From Octopus bimaculoides (Eukaryota), in NCBI RefSeq assembly GCF_001194135.2, contig NC_068994.1:35852497-35898906 (forward strand): a DNA stretch of 46,410 nt. Direction: 5' to 3'. Positions 24,620-36,531 of this stretch are shown here, one piece after another. Numbering within the stretch: the stretch's first letter is position 1; each line of letters opens with the position of its first letter. A model generated the notes under the pieces. It did no database searches and had not been told where the DNA came from. It saw nothing but the letters and a program-made list of their open reading frames with translations. Position numbers and translations under genes: made by a program.

Positions 24620-24835
24620 GAATGCTGAAGGAAGATGGACAGATAAATTAGTGAAAGCTAAATTAATACACCAGCATTGCAGGAAGCAACATTGAAATCT
24701 CATTATGGCATGGATCACTTATGATATTATGATTCCCTAATTTGTAGATAATAGAATGCTGAGAGATAATGGAGAATATAAGAAAGCTGATTATAAAGGA
24801 GTTGGCAAATTGGAAAATAAAATTAAGCTATTCTG
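24620..24835 (+). mobile_element. Dong/R4-clade RT fragment
   Basis: KLIHQHC.K...LIMAWI.Y..YD.IP...IIECL...KLI...ANWK, matching the LxMAWIDYxKAYD motif. Colinear with 22820-23340. Confidence 0.5.
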
Positions 24836-24939
24836 TTAAAGAAGTAAGAAATATTACGATCAATACAGTACTTTTTAAGGTGAAAGTTCACCTCAGCCAC
24901 CATTCAACTTTGCAATATGCATGACACTTTTAACTCTGA

Positions 24940-25150
24940 TATTGGTTTGAAATTTTGGCACAAGGCCAGCAATTTCAGGTAGAGGATAAGTCAATTAAAT
25001 TGACCCTGATATTCCACTGATACTCATTTAATAGACTTGCAAAGGGATGAATGACAAAGTCAACCTTGGCAGAGAGCTCAGAACGTAAAAACAGATGAAA
25101 TACCACTAAGCAGTTTGCTCAGAGTGTGAACAATTCTGCCAGTTCAATGC
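24940..25150 (-). mobile_element. Family-A SINE
   Basis: ttgaaattttggcacaaggccagcaattt...acaattctgccagttc. Confidence 0.75.
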
Positions 25151-26364
25151 TTTACTTTTAATTCTGATATTAAGAATGATATGGAATGAGTACATTATAA
25201 AATGGGATATATGCAAACTTGTTCCAAGCTCATGTGCATGTGACTTGGTAGCATGAACCTTGCTTTCATCAATTGTTTTAGGTGCCCTGAATTTGGATTG
25301 AATAAAACATTGAAGATGTGACAGTTGGAATAGAGAAGATTATGCCAGTGCTCAACTTGTACACATTTTCAGCTCAGTAGACTGCATCAACATGAACTGA
25401 AGTGCCTTGCTCAAGGACACAATATGTTGTCAATCTTCTTTTCTTTATGGATGACTTGAAACCAGTCACAGTTTACTACATAAGTCTTTTGTGAATGTGC
25501 ATGGTCTAGTGTTTAAGATGATTCACTCATGATCATACGATTGAGTATACAATTTCTGAACTGAGCAACAAGCTGTAACCTTGAGTAAGGCCCATTATTT
25601 TATGTTGCTCTAGTCTACTCAGTGGTACTGAGGACCAGTTAGGTGCCATCCTATCTTCCTCTAGATGTCAAATCCTTGATGTTACTCTGGAGTAAGGATG
25701 GAAGAGCCAAGAGTGGGTGGGGACCTCTACTTGTGATTACACAGGCACCTAAAATAATTAACAAAAGCATGGTATATATTACTAATCCCTACTCACTCAT
25801 GAGTGATACTTACTGTGCTGTGAATAGCTCTTCCCCATCCAACAACAAGAATTCAGATGGCTGATCAACTGAACTACCTATTCTTAATATAATATGTAAG
25901 AGGCTGAGTGTTCTAAAAGCTTGTTTATTCTTAGAATAATATTCAGGCAGAATCAACATGATGCAGTGTGTATGATGAAGTCAAAACTGGCTGCCCTGGC
26001 AAGAGCCACCAAGTATTGATGATCACCCCTATTGAAAGCTTTCAGGTGATACAAACTAATGAACTCTTATGACACATGCCCACATATGACAGGCTTCCAC
26101 ACAGTTTCTATTTACCAAATTCACTCACAAGGATTTGGTCAGCCCATAGCTAAAGTAAAAGACACTTGGCCAATGTGCCATGCAGTGTCAAAACAAGCTT
26201 CTAAACCAAGCGGGCATGCCCATACCTGTGAGTATTTACTCAATATATGGCTCAGCTGACAAGAACAATGAAAATAAGGGAGTTCACTCAGTAGGGTCTA
26301 GGGTCCTTGAATAGAATGGAGTTACTTGAAACGTCCTTCCAAAATTCTTTTATCTGCTACACTA

Positions 26365-26584
26365 CCCTTTAGCATTTAAATTGGCCATGTTTGGCCCAGA
26401 TATTCTACCTGTTTTATGTTCTAATGAGCCAGATGCAACCTCTCATACCTACCCTACAATGTCATTGCAAGAATAAACAATCATGTCATTGAAATCTTGA
26501 AGCTACAGGATAATGCATGATTAATTCAAAACAATGTGAATAAATAAGCATTACATTTGACAGAGAAGTCTGAATGCTAAAGGG
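26365..26584. mobile_element. piggyBac-type MITE, second copy of the 19388 family
   Basis: Colinear with 19388-19606 (e.g. cctaccctacaatg, ataatgcatgattaattcaaa). Right end CTAAAGGG|TTAA; left TTAA is mutated. Confidence 0.8.
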
Positions 26585-26659
26585 TTAAGGGAGATTCTAA
26601 CATTACATGGGAACTTTTTCCTTTAGTTACTTATAGAACTGGAGGTGCTGACACAGTAA

Positions 26660-27114
26660 TACACTGGTTTCAGTATTTGATCCTCAGAAGGGAAGTTAGT
26701 AAAAAAGCCAAACTTGCTATCTCCAGTTCAGTTTTCATACTTATTCTTATAAATGTTAGGTAATGATCGAAAGAGTACCATCATAAGTACACGTGGCCAA
26801 AATGAAGTTCTTCCTGACATCTTTGAAATAATGTTACTTGACAGGAGGTGCATTGTTCAGAGATCAGGAGTCTGTCCAAGTTGAGTTGCTACTTCTCCAC
26901 ATTGAGAGGATATAACTCCAGTACTGTGGACATGTGGTTAGATTGTCACAGGAAAAGATTGCAAGACAGATTCTTCAAGCCAAATCAATTGGCAGGAGAC
27001 CTTCGGGTACACTAAGAACAAGATGGCTGGCTGGAAAACGAGAGTGGAAGAGGTACTTGAGGACTCTACCCTCACAACTCTCCCAAGAAGAGAAAATGAA
27101 TGGATGGATGGATT
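26660..27114 (+). mobile_element. RTE-clade (Rex3-like) LINE 3' fragment
   Basis: RREVSKKAKLAI...VAKMKF...LLLHIER...GHVVRL..IARQILQA..GRRPSG.LRTRW, ending in (GATG)n. Confidence 0.8.
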
Positions 27115-29084
27115 GAGTTTTGTATAGTTGTTTGATGATGTCTTTATTGGAAGCTTGTTTGGATGAGTTTTGGAGAAGAGTTCCTCCAAGTTCTCCTCTT
27201 TTGTTCAAATATTTTTTGGTATCTTGTTATATATTTCATTAAATTAATGTTATTTCTATTTACAACATAGAATTTGATGAGGAGTGTTTGTCATGTGTTT
27301 GGACAACTAACACAGCAACAATAGCAACTATTATAGATGTTTTTATTGTTTTGTTTGGTGTTATTGCTGTGGTTGTTGTTTATGTGTTTCCATCTTGTTT
27401 TTCTTGGTGTGGTTGTGAGTTTGACAATTGATGTTCTGGGTGTTTCGTGGTGGTGGGTGGGTGGAGGGATGTGGGACAGGTTGATGGGTCCTTTACCACA
27501 TCACCGAGTCTACTGTCTTTCATCTTAGGATAGTAATTGTATTTTAATTCTATTCTTTACCCATCTACAACTAGCTCTTGTGATAAGCTTGTCTTGACCT
27601 TGTTACTCTACAAGAAATTTGAGTCAGAGAGCTCTGGAACTGAGGAAAGAGATACAGATGTACATATGTGTATGTGCATGTGTGTGTTTGTGTTTGATGA
27701 ACTTGTGAGGAGGATTTTTTTTTGTTGTAGTAGTGGTAGTATAACTGTCCTTTGGAATTGCTGTTTGATCTCTGCTACTGTTACTGGTACTGCAGCTTTC
27801 ATTGTTACTGCTGCTACTGCTGTCATTTTTCTTGTTAATATTGTTGCTGTTGTAGTTATTGCTGTTGATATTGTTGTACTAGCTGCAACTTCAGAGTTGT
27901 CATCAGTGTCAGCTGTTAGTCTTTTGCCTTCTACTGTGGATAAAAGTTCCTTTGGTGGTTGGTAGCACCACATATATGGAACCTGGATCTTCTTCCTTCT
28001 ACTGCTATGAACCATGCCAAATGTTGTTTTGCAACTTAAGTTAGGGATGGTTTTGAGCTTTCTCTGATTTGTTTGAATCAAAAGATCTATCCCAAAAGTG
28101 TATCAACTCTCCTCATATAGCTCACGAATTTCCAATACTCTCTTGTCCTCATTCTGCTGCTCACCAAAAATTGCTCCATCAGCTGTCAGACATTTACTTC
28201 TGGCAAGCACATCCACTACCTTCACTCATGCCTATGTACAATGGAATTAGGATCAGCTCTTTCCACATGGTTGGGGTAGAGGAGTGGAATAACTCTCAGT
28301 TTGTCCTCAAGCTTGGTATATTCCTGAGACAATACACCAAACCATATTAGAATATCTCACACTAGCTCAGACAAATATAAAATTAGAGATGCAATAACAT
28401 AACAAAGCTGCTCCATGTATGCCTAGCTACCAATTTCAGCTCATATGAAGTTCCACTTGTCTTATATAATAACTATGTAAAAATTCTATGGGACTTTAGC
28501 ATATTATCAGATCACTAGACAGACCCACCACCACCAATAGCATACTATTGACATAGAAATGTCAAATAACTATAACATTGTGTATGATTAGCTGAAAATT
28601 ACGAAATTACACCCATCTAGCTGGTGAACTACAAACATTATGTGTGTTAAGGAATATGTTTGGCAAGATTGGAATGACATGAAGCCATTTCTGTAAGACA
28701 TCAGCAAGGATACAAACAGTGACATTTACATTCAGAGAATAGCAATACTAAGACCTGTAAACATTATTAAGGCATTCTCACACAACATTTTATTAATCTT
28801 GAACATTTTTGTAAACTGAAAATGTAATTTTGTTAGCCATTAACATTCATTATATCCATGAACAATCATGTTAACCTTAAACATCCCTGTTCATCCAAGA
28901 ACACAAGTTTACTTACATGATTTCCACTGAATATTTTGATTCACCTGAATATTTCTATTGACCTTATCCTCCACTGTAAACATCCTGTTTAGCCTTTAAC
29001 ACTCCAAGATGTACCTAATTTTTATTCCAAAAGGAGAAACTCAATGTATTTTTCAAACCTTGAATTACAAAATTAATAATCTCT

Positions 29085-29960
29085 AACATAGACAAAATGC
29101 CTGAAATTTGAGGGATGAGTTAAAGTCAATTATATTAGCCCTAATTCTTAAATGGTGCTTATTTTATGAACCAACATAGATAAAATGCAATGTTGGCCTT
29201 AGAAGGATTTGAACTCTAAATGTAAAGTTATGAAAGAAACACCATACCATAAGGGATTTTGCTATAAGGTTCTGTCAAGCCACTGCTGCTTAAATTATAA
29301 ACAAATAATGAAAATGATAATGATAATTAATTTTTATTTTGAATAGTTCCTATGTGGTTTGTTTTTTCTTTTCTTTTTGAAAAGGCTATCATATTCTGTA
29401 AAGATGATCAAATATTGACTCCCACAAAATGTAGTTCAAAGCAAAATAATTTAACAAAATTGCTCAGCCAAACACATTTTTATTGCATAAATATGTGAGC
29501 AATGTCCCTTTATGGTGTAACAAGTAAAATATGAAAGATAAAAGATTATTATTAAGCTAAGACTCCTATTGATCAAGGTTGACTGTGTGTTTTCCCCCAA
29601 AAATGTTTTCTCAAGGAGGGGAAGTTAGGGCAAAATTTATTTCGTTATTGAAGTCAACCTGTTGCCATTAAAAAAGAGCTTCCTTTCTATAAGCCACCAG
29701 TGATATACAAGAGAAAGACAAGGACCAAACAGCTTGCTGTCAGTGTTGTCACAGGCAAACTCAGTTCAGTACATAAAGAAATGGAACCAATATTGCAAGG
29801 CATTTTATCAAAGACTGATAATTCTACCAAATTACTGCCCTGGATTGATATTTCATTTTTTCAACTCCTTGAGAGATGAAAGACAAATCTGACTTTGGTG
29901 GAATTTTAACTCAGACATAAAGATTCAGAAGAAAATACTGCAAAACAGTTTGTCACATCC
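29085..29960 (-). mobile_element. Two decayed family-A SINEs (about 29085-29250 and 29820-29960)
   Basis: Degenerate aaagtcaatta...gatttgaactc and gatgaaagacaaatctgactttggtggaattttaactcag. Confidence 0.55.
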
Positions 29961-30011
29961 CCCACGTCATTATAGTAATTATAAACCACCAATATCATTA
30001 TTATGACTTTT

Positions 30012-30710
30012 GGTAGCAAACTGGCAGAATTGTTAGCATGTTGGACAAAATTCTTGGTAACATTTCCTCTAGATTTTTACATTCTGAGTTCAAATACTGC
30101 CAAGATCAACTTGGTTTTTGATTCTTTTGGTGTTGATAAAAAAAAGTACCAATTGAGTAACAAGGCCAACATAATTGACTAGCTCCCTCTCCTAAAATTT
30201 CAGACTTCTAGCAGACGCAATTATAATTATATTGATTTAAGATAGCAAACTGACAGAATTGTTAGCATGTTGGACAAAATGCTAGGCAGCATTTCTTCCC
30301 GCTCTTTACATTTTGAGTTCAAATGCCACCAATATCAATTTTGCTTTATAGGGCGGCGAGCTGGCAGAATCGTTAGCATGCCTGATGAAATGCTTAGTGG
30401 TATTTCATCTGCCATTACATTCTGAGTTCAAATTCTGCCGAGGTCGACTTTGCTTTTCATTCATTCAGGGATCGATTAAATAAATACCAATTACGCACTG
30501 GGGTCGATGTAATCGACTTAATCCCTTTGTCTGTCCTTTGTTTGACCCCTCTATGTTTAGCTTCCCTGTGGGCAATAAAGAAATAAATATCAATTTTGCT
30601 TTTTATCTTTTGGAGTCAATAGAATAAGTACCATTTGAGTACTGAGGTTGATGTAATCAACTAACCTCATTCCTTCAGAATTCCATACTTTATGCCAAAA
30701 ATTTGAAAGA
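30012..30710 (+). mobile_element. Family-A SINE cluster with a nested young copy (30348-30585)
   Basis: An old copy (30238-30710) is split by a CpG-intact copy flanked by a 17-bp TSD AATATCAATTTTGCTTT (30331-30347 and 30586-30602). Confidence 0.88.
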
Positions 30711-30749
30711 ATTATTATTATAATGATTTATTACATTATCATTATAAAG

Positions 30750-30960
30750 TGAAGCTGCATGACCTAGTGGTTAGGATGTTGCACTTGTGAATGCTAGATC
30801 ATGGGTTCGATCCCCCCGACCAAGTGGCATGTTGTGTTCTTGAGCAAAACACTTCATTTTATGTTGCTTCAATCCATTCAGTTCCATTCAACTGTAAATG
30901 GGTAACCCTGCAATGCACTAGTCTTCTGATCAGAGAGAATGTTGGCCTGCCAAACTAACC
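30750..30960 (+). mobile_element. Family-C tRNA-derived SINE
   Basis: gcatgacctagtggttagg...gggttcgatccc...ttcttgagcaaaacacttcatttt. A related copy lies at about 25495-25680. Confidence 0.7.
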
Positions 30961-31368
30961 AGCTGGGTGACATCATATGAAAGCTAAACTGATGCAAGCA
31001 CAATATGACCAGATATAGCAACATCTGCTCAATCACATGATCACGTGGTTATTATAATGATTTATTACATTGGCTCAAATGTTACACAAATTTCTAAGGA
31101 AAAGTTATTGTGAAGTGAATATACTCCAGTAACAGGTTGTTCCTTTCTTTTTTTCTTTCTTTTTGTTTTGTCAGTAACTAGAAAGATGAAAGGTAGAGTC
31201 AACCTCGGCAAGATTTGAACTCAGATAAAATAACAATAATAAAAAAAACATAATTGAAATTCCACAGAATATTATATTTAATCTACCACTGATGCAATCA
31301 GTTTAATGTAAGTTCTGAATATACTCAGAAAGAAAACATCCTACAAATGATATATTTTTGTGTGAAAG

Positions 31369-31735
31369 CAGGCTTGGCTGTGTTGTAAAAAAGTTCACTT
31401 TGCATCTATGTGGTTCTGGGTTGTTCCTCTGTGTAGCACCTTGGGGCAAGTGTCATCTATTATAGTCCCAGGATGTCCAACGCCTTGGGAGTAAATCTGG
31501 TAGATGGAAACTGTGTGGAATCCCATCATATACACACACATACATACACATGCACATATTTACATATATATAATTATCTGTATGAATCTTTGTGTCTATG
31601 TTTGTCACACACCCCATCCCCGACCACTGTTTGACAACCAGAGTTGGTTTGCTTATGTCCCAGTAATTTAGCATTTCAGCAAAAGAAGATCAATACATTA
31701 AGCATCAGACTGAAAAAATAAACATAATAGTCGAT
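31369..31735 (+). mobile_element. Family-B SINE, older copy
   Basis: Same head, core, microsatellite and 3' order, more diverged. Confidence 0.7.
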
Positions 31736-31749
31736 TACGTAGGCCCGAC

Positions 31750-32358
31750 TGTTTGGTAAGAAGCTTGCTTCTCAGCCACACAGTTCTGGGTTCAGTCCCA
31801 CTGTATGGCTCTTTGGGCAAGTGTCTTCTACTATAGCCTTGGGCCAACCAAAGCCTTGTGAGTGGATTTGGTAGATGGAAACTGAAAGAAGGCTGTCATA
31901 TATATATATATATANNNNNNNNNNNNNNNNNNNNNNNNNNNNNNNNNNNNNNNNNNNNNNNNNNNNNNNNNNNNNNNNNNNNNNNNNNNNNNNNNNNNNN
32001 NNNNNNNNNNNNNNNNNNNNNNNNNNNNNNNNNNNNNNNNNNNNNNNNNNNNNNNNNNNNNNNNNNNNNNNNNNNNNNNNNNNNNNNNNNNNNNNNNNNN
32101 NNNNNNNNNNNNNATATATATATATATATATACATATATGCATATGTGTGTCTTTGTGTCTGTGTTTGTCACTCCATCACTGCTTGACAACTGGTGCTGG
32201 TGTGTTTATGTAACTTAGCAGTTTGACAAAAAGAGACTGATAGAATAAGTACTACGCTTAAAAAATAAGTCTTGGGGTCAATTTATTCAGCTAAAACCCC
32301 ACCAATGGTGGTGCTCCAGCATGTCCACAGTCAAATGACTGAAACAAATAAAAGAATA
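31750..32358 (+). mobile_element. tRNA-derived SINE family B, full length with internal (TA)n/(TG)n
   Basis: Head ggtaagaagcttgcttc..gggttcagtccc, core ccttgtgagtggatttggtagatggaaactgaaagaag, tail ggtgctccagcatgtccacagtcaaatgactgaaac. An N-gap lies in the internal microsatellite. Confidence 0.85.
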
Positions 32359-33654
32359 AGTACAGGGGTCAATTTGTTCAACTAAAACCCTTCAAAGCAG
32401 TGCCCTAGCATGGCTGCACACCAATGACTGAAACAAGTAAAAGAAAGGATAAAAGAACTTGAAAGATGAAAAGTAGATTGAATCTTGGCAGGATTTGAAC
32501 TTGGAATGTACAAAAAAGAAAACTAAATTTCCACAGAGTGTATATTTCATCTGGCACTGATACAATTATTTTAGTATAAGTTCTGAATATACTCAGAAAG
32601 AAAACATCCTTCAAATGAAATATTTTTATGTATGTTATCAATTTTATCCATTCTTCTATTGTATTTGACAGTTATGGTGAGGAACATTTATTCAAAAATA
32701 AAGCAAAATTTTTGAGAAAAAAAAAACATCTTCTGAGAGTTAACAGTGAGGTTTTAAGATCTTCTTTGCCAATACTTGATTCATTTTATGAACAAATTGA
32801 ACAAACAACAACAACAAGATGTATCCAATATCAGATCAATTAAACTGTTTATTTATAAAATTTTACAAAGAAGTTAGAACATCGTGCCAAATATAAACTC
32901 AAAACACAGGGGTAAAAATAGCTTTAACAATTTCCTTCAATGCATTTCTACTGTTTTGTTTGTTTTTTATTTTTCATTTCATTCTTCTTTTCATTTACAT
33001 TTCATATTTCATGCAAATATTATAAACAGAGTCAATTATTCAACTTCTTTTTGTTTTCCTCCATTCATTGACATTCATTTTCACCAATTGTCACCAGTAG
33101 TCATTATTCTAGGCATGAGACACTGGAGTGACTCCTTATAACTATTTCCAGGGCCATGGGTAAATTTTTGCTCAATGCTGCAAGCTAATGAAATGAAACA
33201 CTTATCAATTCTTCAGGCTTCCTAATTTTTTTCTTTTTTTTTCTCTTTATTAAAAAAATAATAATAAAAACAGGCTTTGTGATGAAAAGTGTATGTTTGC
33301 TAGCATGACCTATTTATATCTAAGTCTAGTATAACAGATCAATGAGAGTTCTGCACCACAGTTAGGGACACAGCATGATAATGGCAATGCTGTGACAATC
33401 ATGAACCATGAGGCTGAATGATACTCAATTATATTATACTTTATTGCAGTGGTTTCCATGCTGTTTTTACTCACAACAGAGCAAACAGGAATATTTTGGT
33501 ATACACAATGCATGAACTTAAAAAAAAGGTATTTAAATATTTAGCTGCTGCCTTCCCTCTTTGTTCTCATCCTTGTCCTCCTCTTCTCTCCTCCCTTTCT
33601 TTCCCCCTTCTCCCCTCCTTTTCCCGTTCTCCCCTCCTTCTCCTCCTCCTCCAT

Positions 33655-34390
33655 TGAACCAGAAGGGATGAAAGATAAAGTTGATCGCAGCAGAATTTGA
33701 ACTCAGAATGTAAAGATGGATGAAATACTGCTAAGCATTTTGCCCAGTGTAATCTTTATCCAACATATTAAAAACAAAAGCATGCTCTTGATGATTTTGA
33801 GTGGCATTCTCTAAGCTTAGAATATTAGATGTAAACATATCCTCATTTATCATTAATACAACAAGGTCTTGTTTTGTTATGGTTACTAATGAGTGAAGAA
33901 AATTCCACTCAATTTCATTATTTTCTTAGCATAAAAGAACTGTGTATTGGAAAAATCATAAGAACATTAGACAGAATGCTTTGTAGCATTCATTTTGGAT
34001 GCTTTACACTCCAAATTCAAATCTTATTGAGGTTAGCGTTACCCATCACTCTTTCGTGGTCATTAAATACAGTGCCAGAAAGGTACAGGGGTCAAGATAA
34101 TCAAATATCTCTGCATTCAGCAGATATTTTCACAACAAATAAAAGAAGCAAGGGTTCACAACACATAAAAGAAGCAAGCTGTGAGCACATCAGACAAAAC
34201 CCTTAGCTTCATTTCTTTCAATTCTTTATGTTGTGAGCTCAAATTCCACCAAGAGCAACTTTGCCTTTCATTGTTTTGTGCTTGATAAATGAGTACCAGT
34301 TGAGCACGGGGGTTGATATAATAAACTTAACCTCACCCATAAAATTGCTGGTCTTGAAAATTGCTGGTCTTGTGTTAAAAGTTGAAACCA
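33655..34390. mobile_element. Family-A SINE fragments in both orientations (33655-33750 minus; 33960-34075 and 34190-34390 plus)
   Basis: gaatttgaactcagaatg...ctaagcattttgccc and gagctcaaattccacc...actttgcctttc. Confidence 0.65.
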
Positions 34391-35410
34391 TTTCCCTAAC
34401 ACATATAACTGCACTTTAAGATGTGAGAGTGTCTTATGGCACTCTTTTTGGGAACCACTGCCCTGTTGGTTCAATACATAAAGAAATCTTCATTTCTCCA
34501 ACCCAAACATTGCATACAAAATCTTGATTAATATATCTCAACTGCAGTACTTTTTGTAAGTGGTATTTTCAGCAGTTCATTTCCTGCATACAGTACTCAA
34601 CAGAACTTAATGAAATGTATTGAGTATGATCAGCAACGGTGAAAAGATTTATACATACATAAAAAGTTGGGCTAAAATAAAAAGATAATAAAAATCTAGA
34701 CAGCATTCAAACCAGGGACAACAATTGTAAGTTAACATAGAGAGCCTTTGTACAGACAACATCATATAAACAAGCTGAATTGTTAGGTAGCATATTAAAG
34801 GGTCATGACTAACATGGTTGCTTGAAAATGTCGAACAAATTGCTGTTAATTTGACATGAAATCAACAATTTTGACAATCTTTTTCCCTCGGCAGAGTTTT
34901 ACTCAACAATGTCTCTAATGAAAGAATCTAATATCAGAGAGAGGGAGAGAGAGAGGGAAACTTTGTTGCAACATCAACTCAGGACTAACTGACAAGGAGC
35001 CAAGAGCTGTTTAGTACAATACATTCATAATGTAAATGTTTGTTTTTTAAACAAACAAACAAATGGATTTTTGTTTAGTTTTGTTGTTAGCTTGCTTACT
35101 TGCTAGCGTTTTGTTTTGGTTTTTCTTTATTTGTTTTCAATCATAAAGTTTTGTTTGTTATAAAAATAAAATAATTAATTTGGAAAAATTTAATTTCTCA
35201 GTCATCACAGAAATTATGAAATAATGAATAGAAAATGTGATTAAAAGTTGTTGATGCATTAAATATCCTCAAGATACTAAAGGTAAAATGATCTAAAAGA
35301 AGTCTAAGAAATAAACAACTCTTTCTCTCTCACCAACTGAAACCTGAAAATATTTGATTCAATTATTTCTCAATAACAGAGAAGCTGAAAAATTAATCTT
35401 CAAAACATAC

Positions 35411-35576
35411 CTGGAAGGGTCTCATAGTGAACTGTGTTTCTTTCTGTGGATCCATGACCACTGTTAGTTGGAGAAGATATTGCTAACATTTCATTGAAGT
35501 GGTCGGAGGTCATTAGCATACGCTGCTGTTCTTCCTTACGAGAACCAGCTGTCACAGCTGCCTCTTGAACACTTAT
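35411..35576 (-). CDS. Protocadherin coding exon 2 (cytoplasmic; ISVQEAAV...SGHGSTERNTVHYETLP)
   Basis: Acceptor ttctaacAG, 166 nt fully open in phase 0 (matches the upstream donor), donor CCAG|GTATGT in phase 1. Too short for the ORF track. Confidence 0.88.
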
Positions 35577-36531
35577 CTGTTAGAACCGATATATTGAAAC
35601 ATATAATTCAATATAAGAGTAGGTAATAATAGAAAATAATGAACCAAACAGCTTTGTGCTACTTGTAACAAGAACTACAGACAATTTTAAATGTAATGTA
35701 TATAGGTAGGATACAAAGCAATTGGTTCACAGAAATAAGAATTTATAAAAAAAAAACCAAAAAAACCCAGCTTTACTAAAGAAGGATATTTTCATTAATT
35801 TCACCTTGTTTTACTTTTAATAGCAATTATTTCTAAAAGATATAATTCTTTTAATAAATCAATTTTTTGAGATAAATTTTTTAAAATTAATATATTTTAA
35901 AATATAAATTTAATGCACACTCTCACACACACTTATAAATATTATATATTATAATTACTATGGTACTGAAACGGTACTAACAGAATGAGTCGACTGTTTA
36001 GGACAAAATGTAATGTTCCTGGTCTGAATGATGGCATTTTTGTCTTATGAATTCATTACCTACAAAAGAGGGCAGTAGATGGGAGGTAAGCCATTGATTA
36101 CTAAGTAAAATATATTATTGGAAGCTAAATGCTAAGAAATGGTTTCAAGCCCTGAACAAATATCATCTAATACAGTAATTGTCCAGAAAGTCTTGGATTA
36201 TCTCCTGTTCATACTAGATTAACTTTGCCAAATCTCTGTAATTTCATTTCTGTTAAATTTCCAACTTATAAATGAGAAAAGTGGCTGATATAATTGTTAG
36301 TCAATAAAAGTGAAATGAAAGAAGAATGTTGATAAGGATTTTCAGCCAGTTTCACTTAATTAGCCCCACTGATTCCCATCAATAACAGTAAAGCTGTAAC
36401 AAATAAAATAGTGCAATTTATATAAAATAGTACATGTTGAATGTGAAAAAATGTTTATATTTTCTAATAAAGCAGTTTTTCTGAAATATTAGGGAAATAC
36501 TAAAGAAAACTAGAATAAAAGAAATATTTAC

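Larger units (their letters stand above)
31181..32630 (+). repeat. Direct repeat of about 180 bp (31181-31360 and 32461-32630) with an identical 34-bp core
   Basis: TAAGTTCTGAATATACTCAGAAAGAAAACATCCT at 31309-31342 and 32577-32610. Flanks are alignable but diverged. Confidence 0.85.

Noticed and set aside
27608-28081. 157-aa minus-strand ORF as an extra protocadherin exon
   Set aside because: Largely degenerate trinucleotide and (CA)n sequence with no convincing in-phase acceptor/donor pair; exon 2 already joins the terminal exon in frame.
36418-36531. ORF-track C-terminus VNISFILVFFSISLIF... as a real short isoform or second TM
   Set aside because: It starts exactly at a CAG|GTAAAT donor, is T-rich intron-like sequence, and has no nearby AATAAA. 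An in-phase downstream exon exists.
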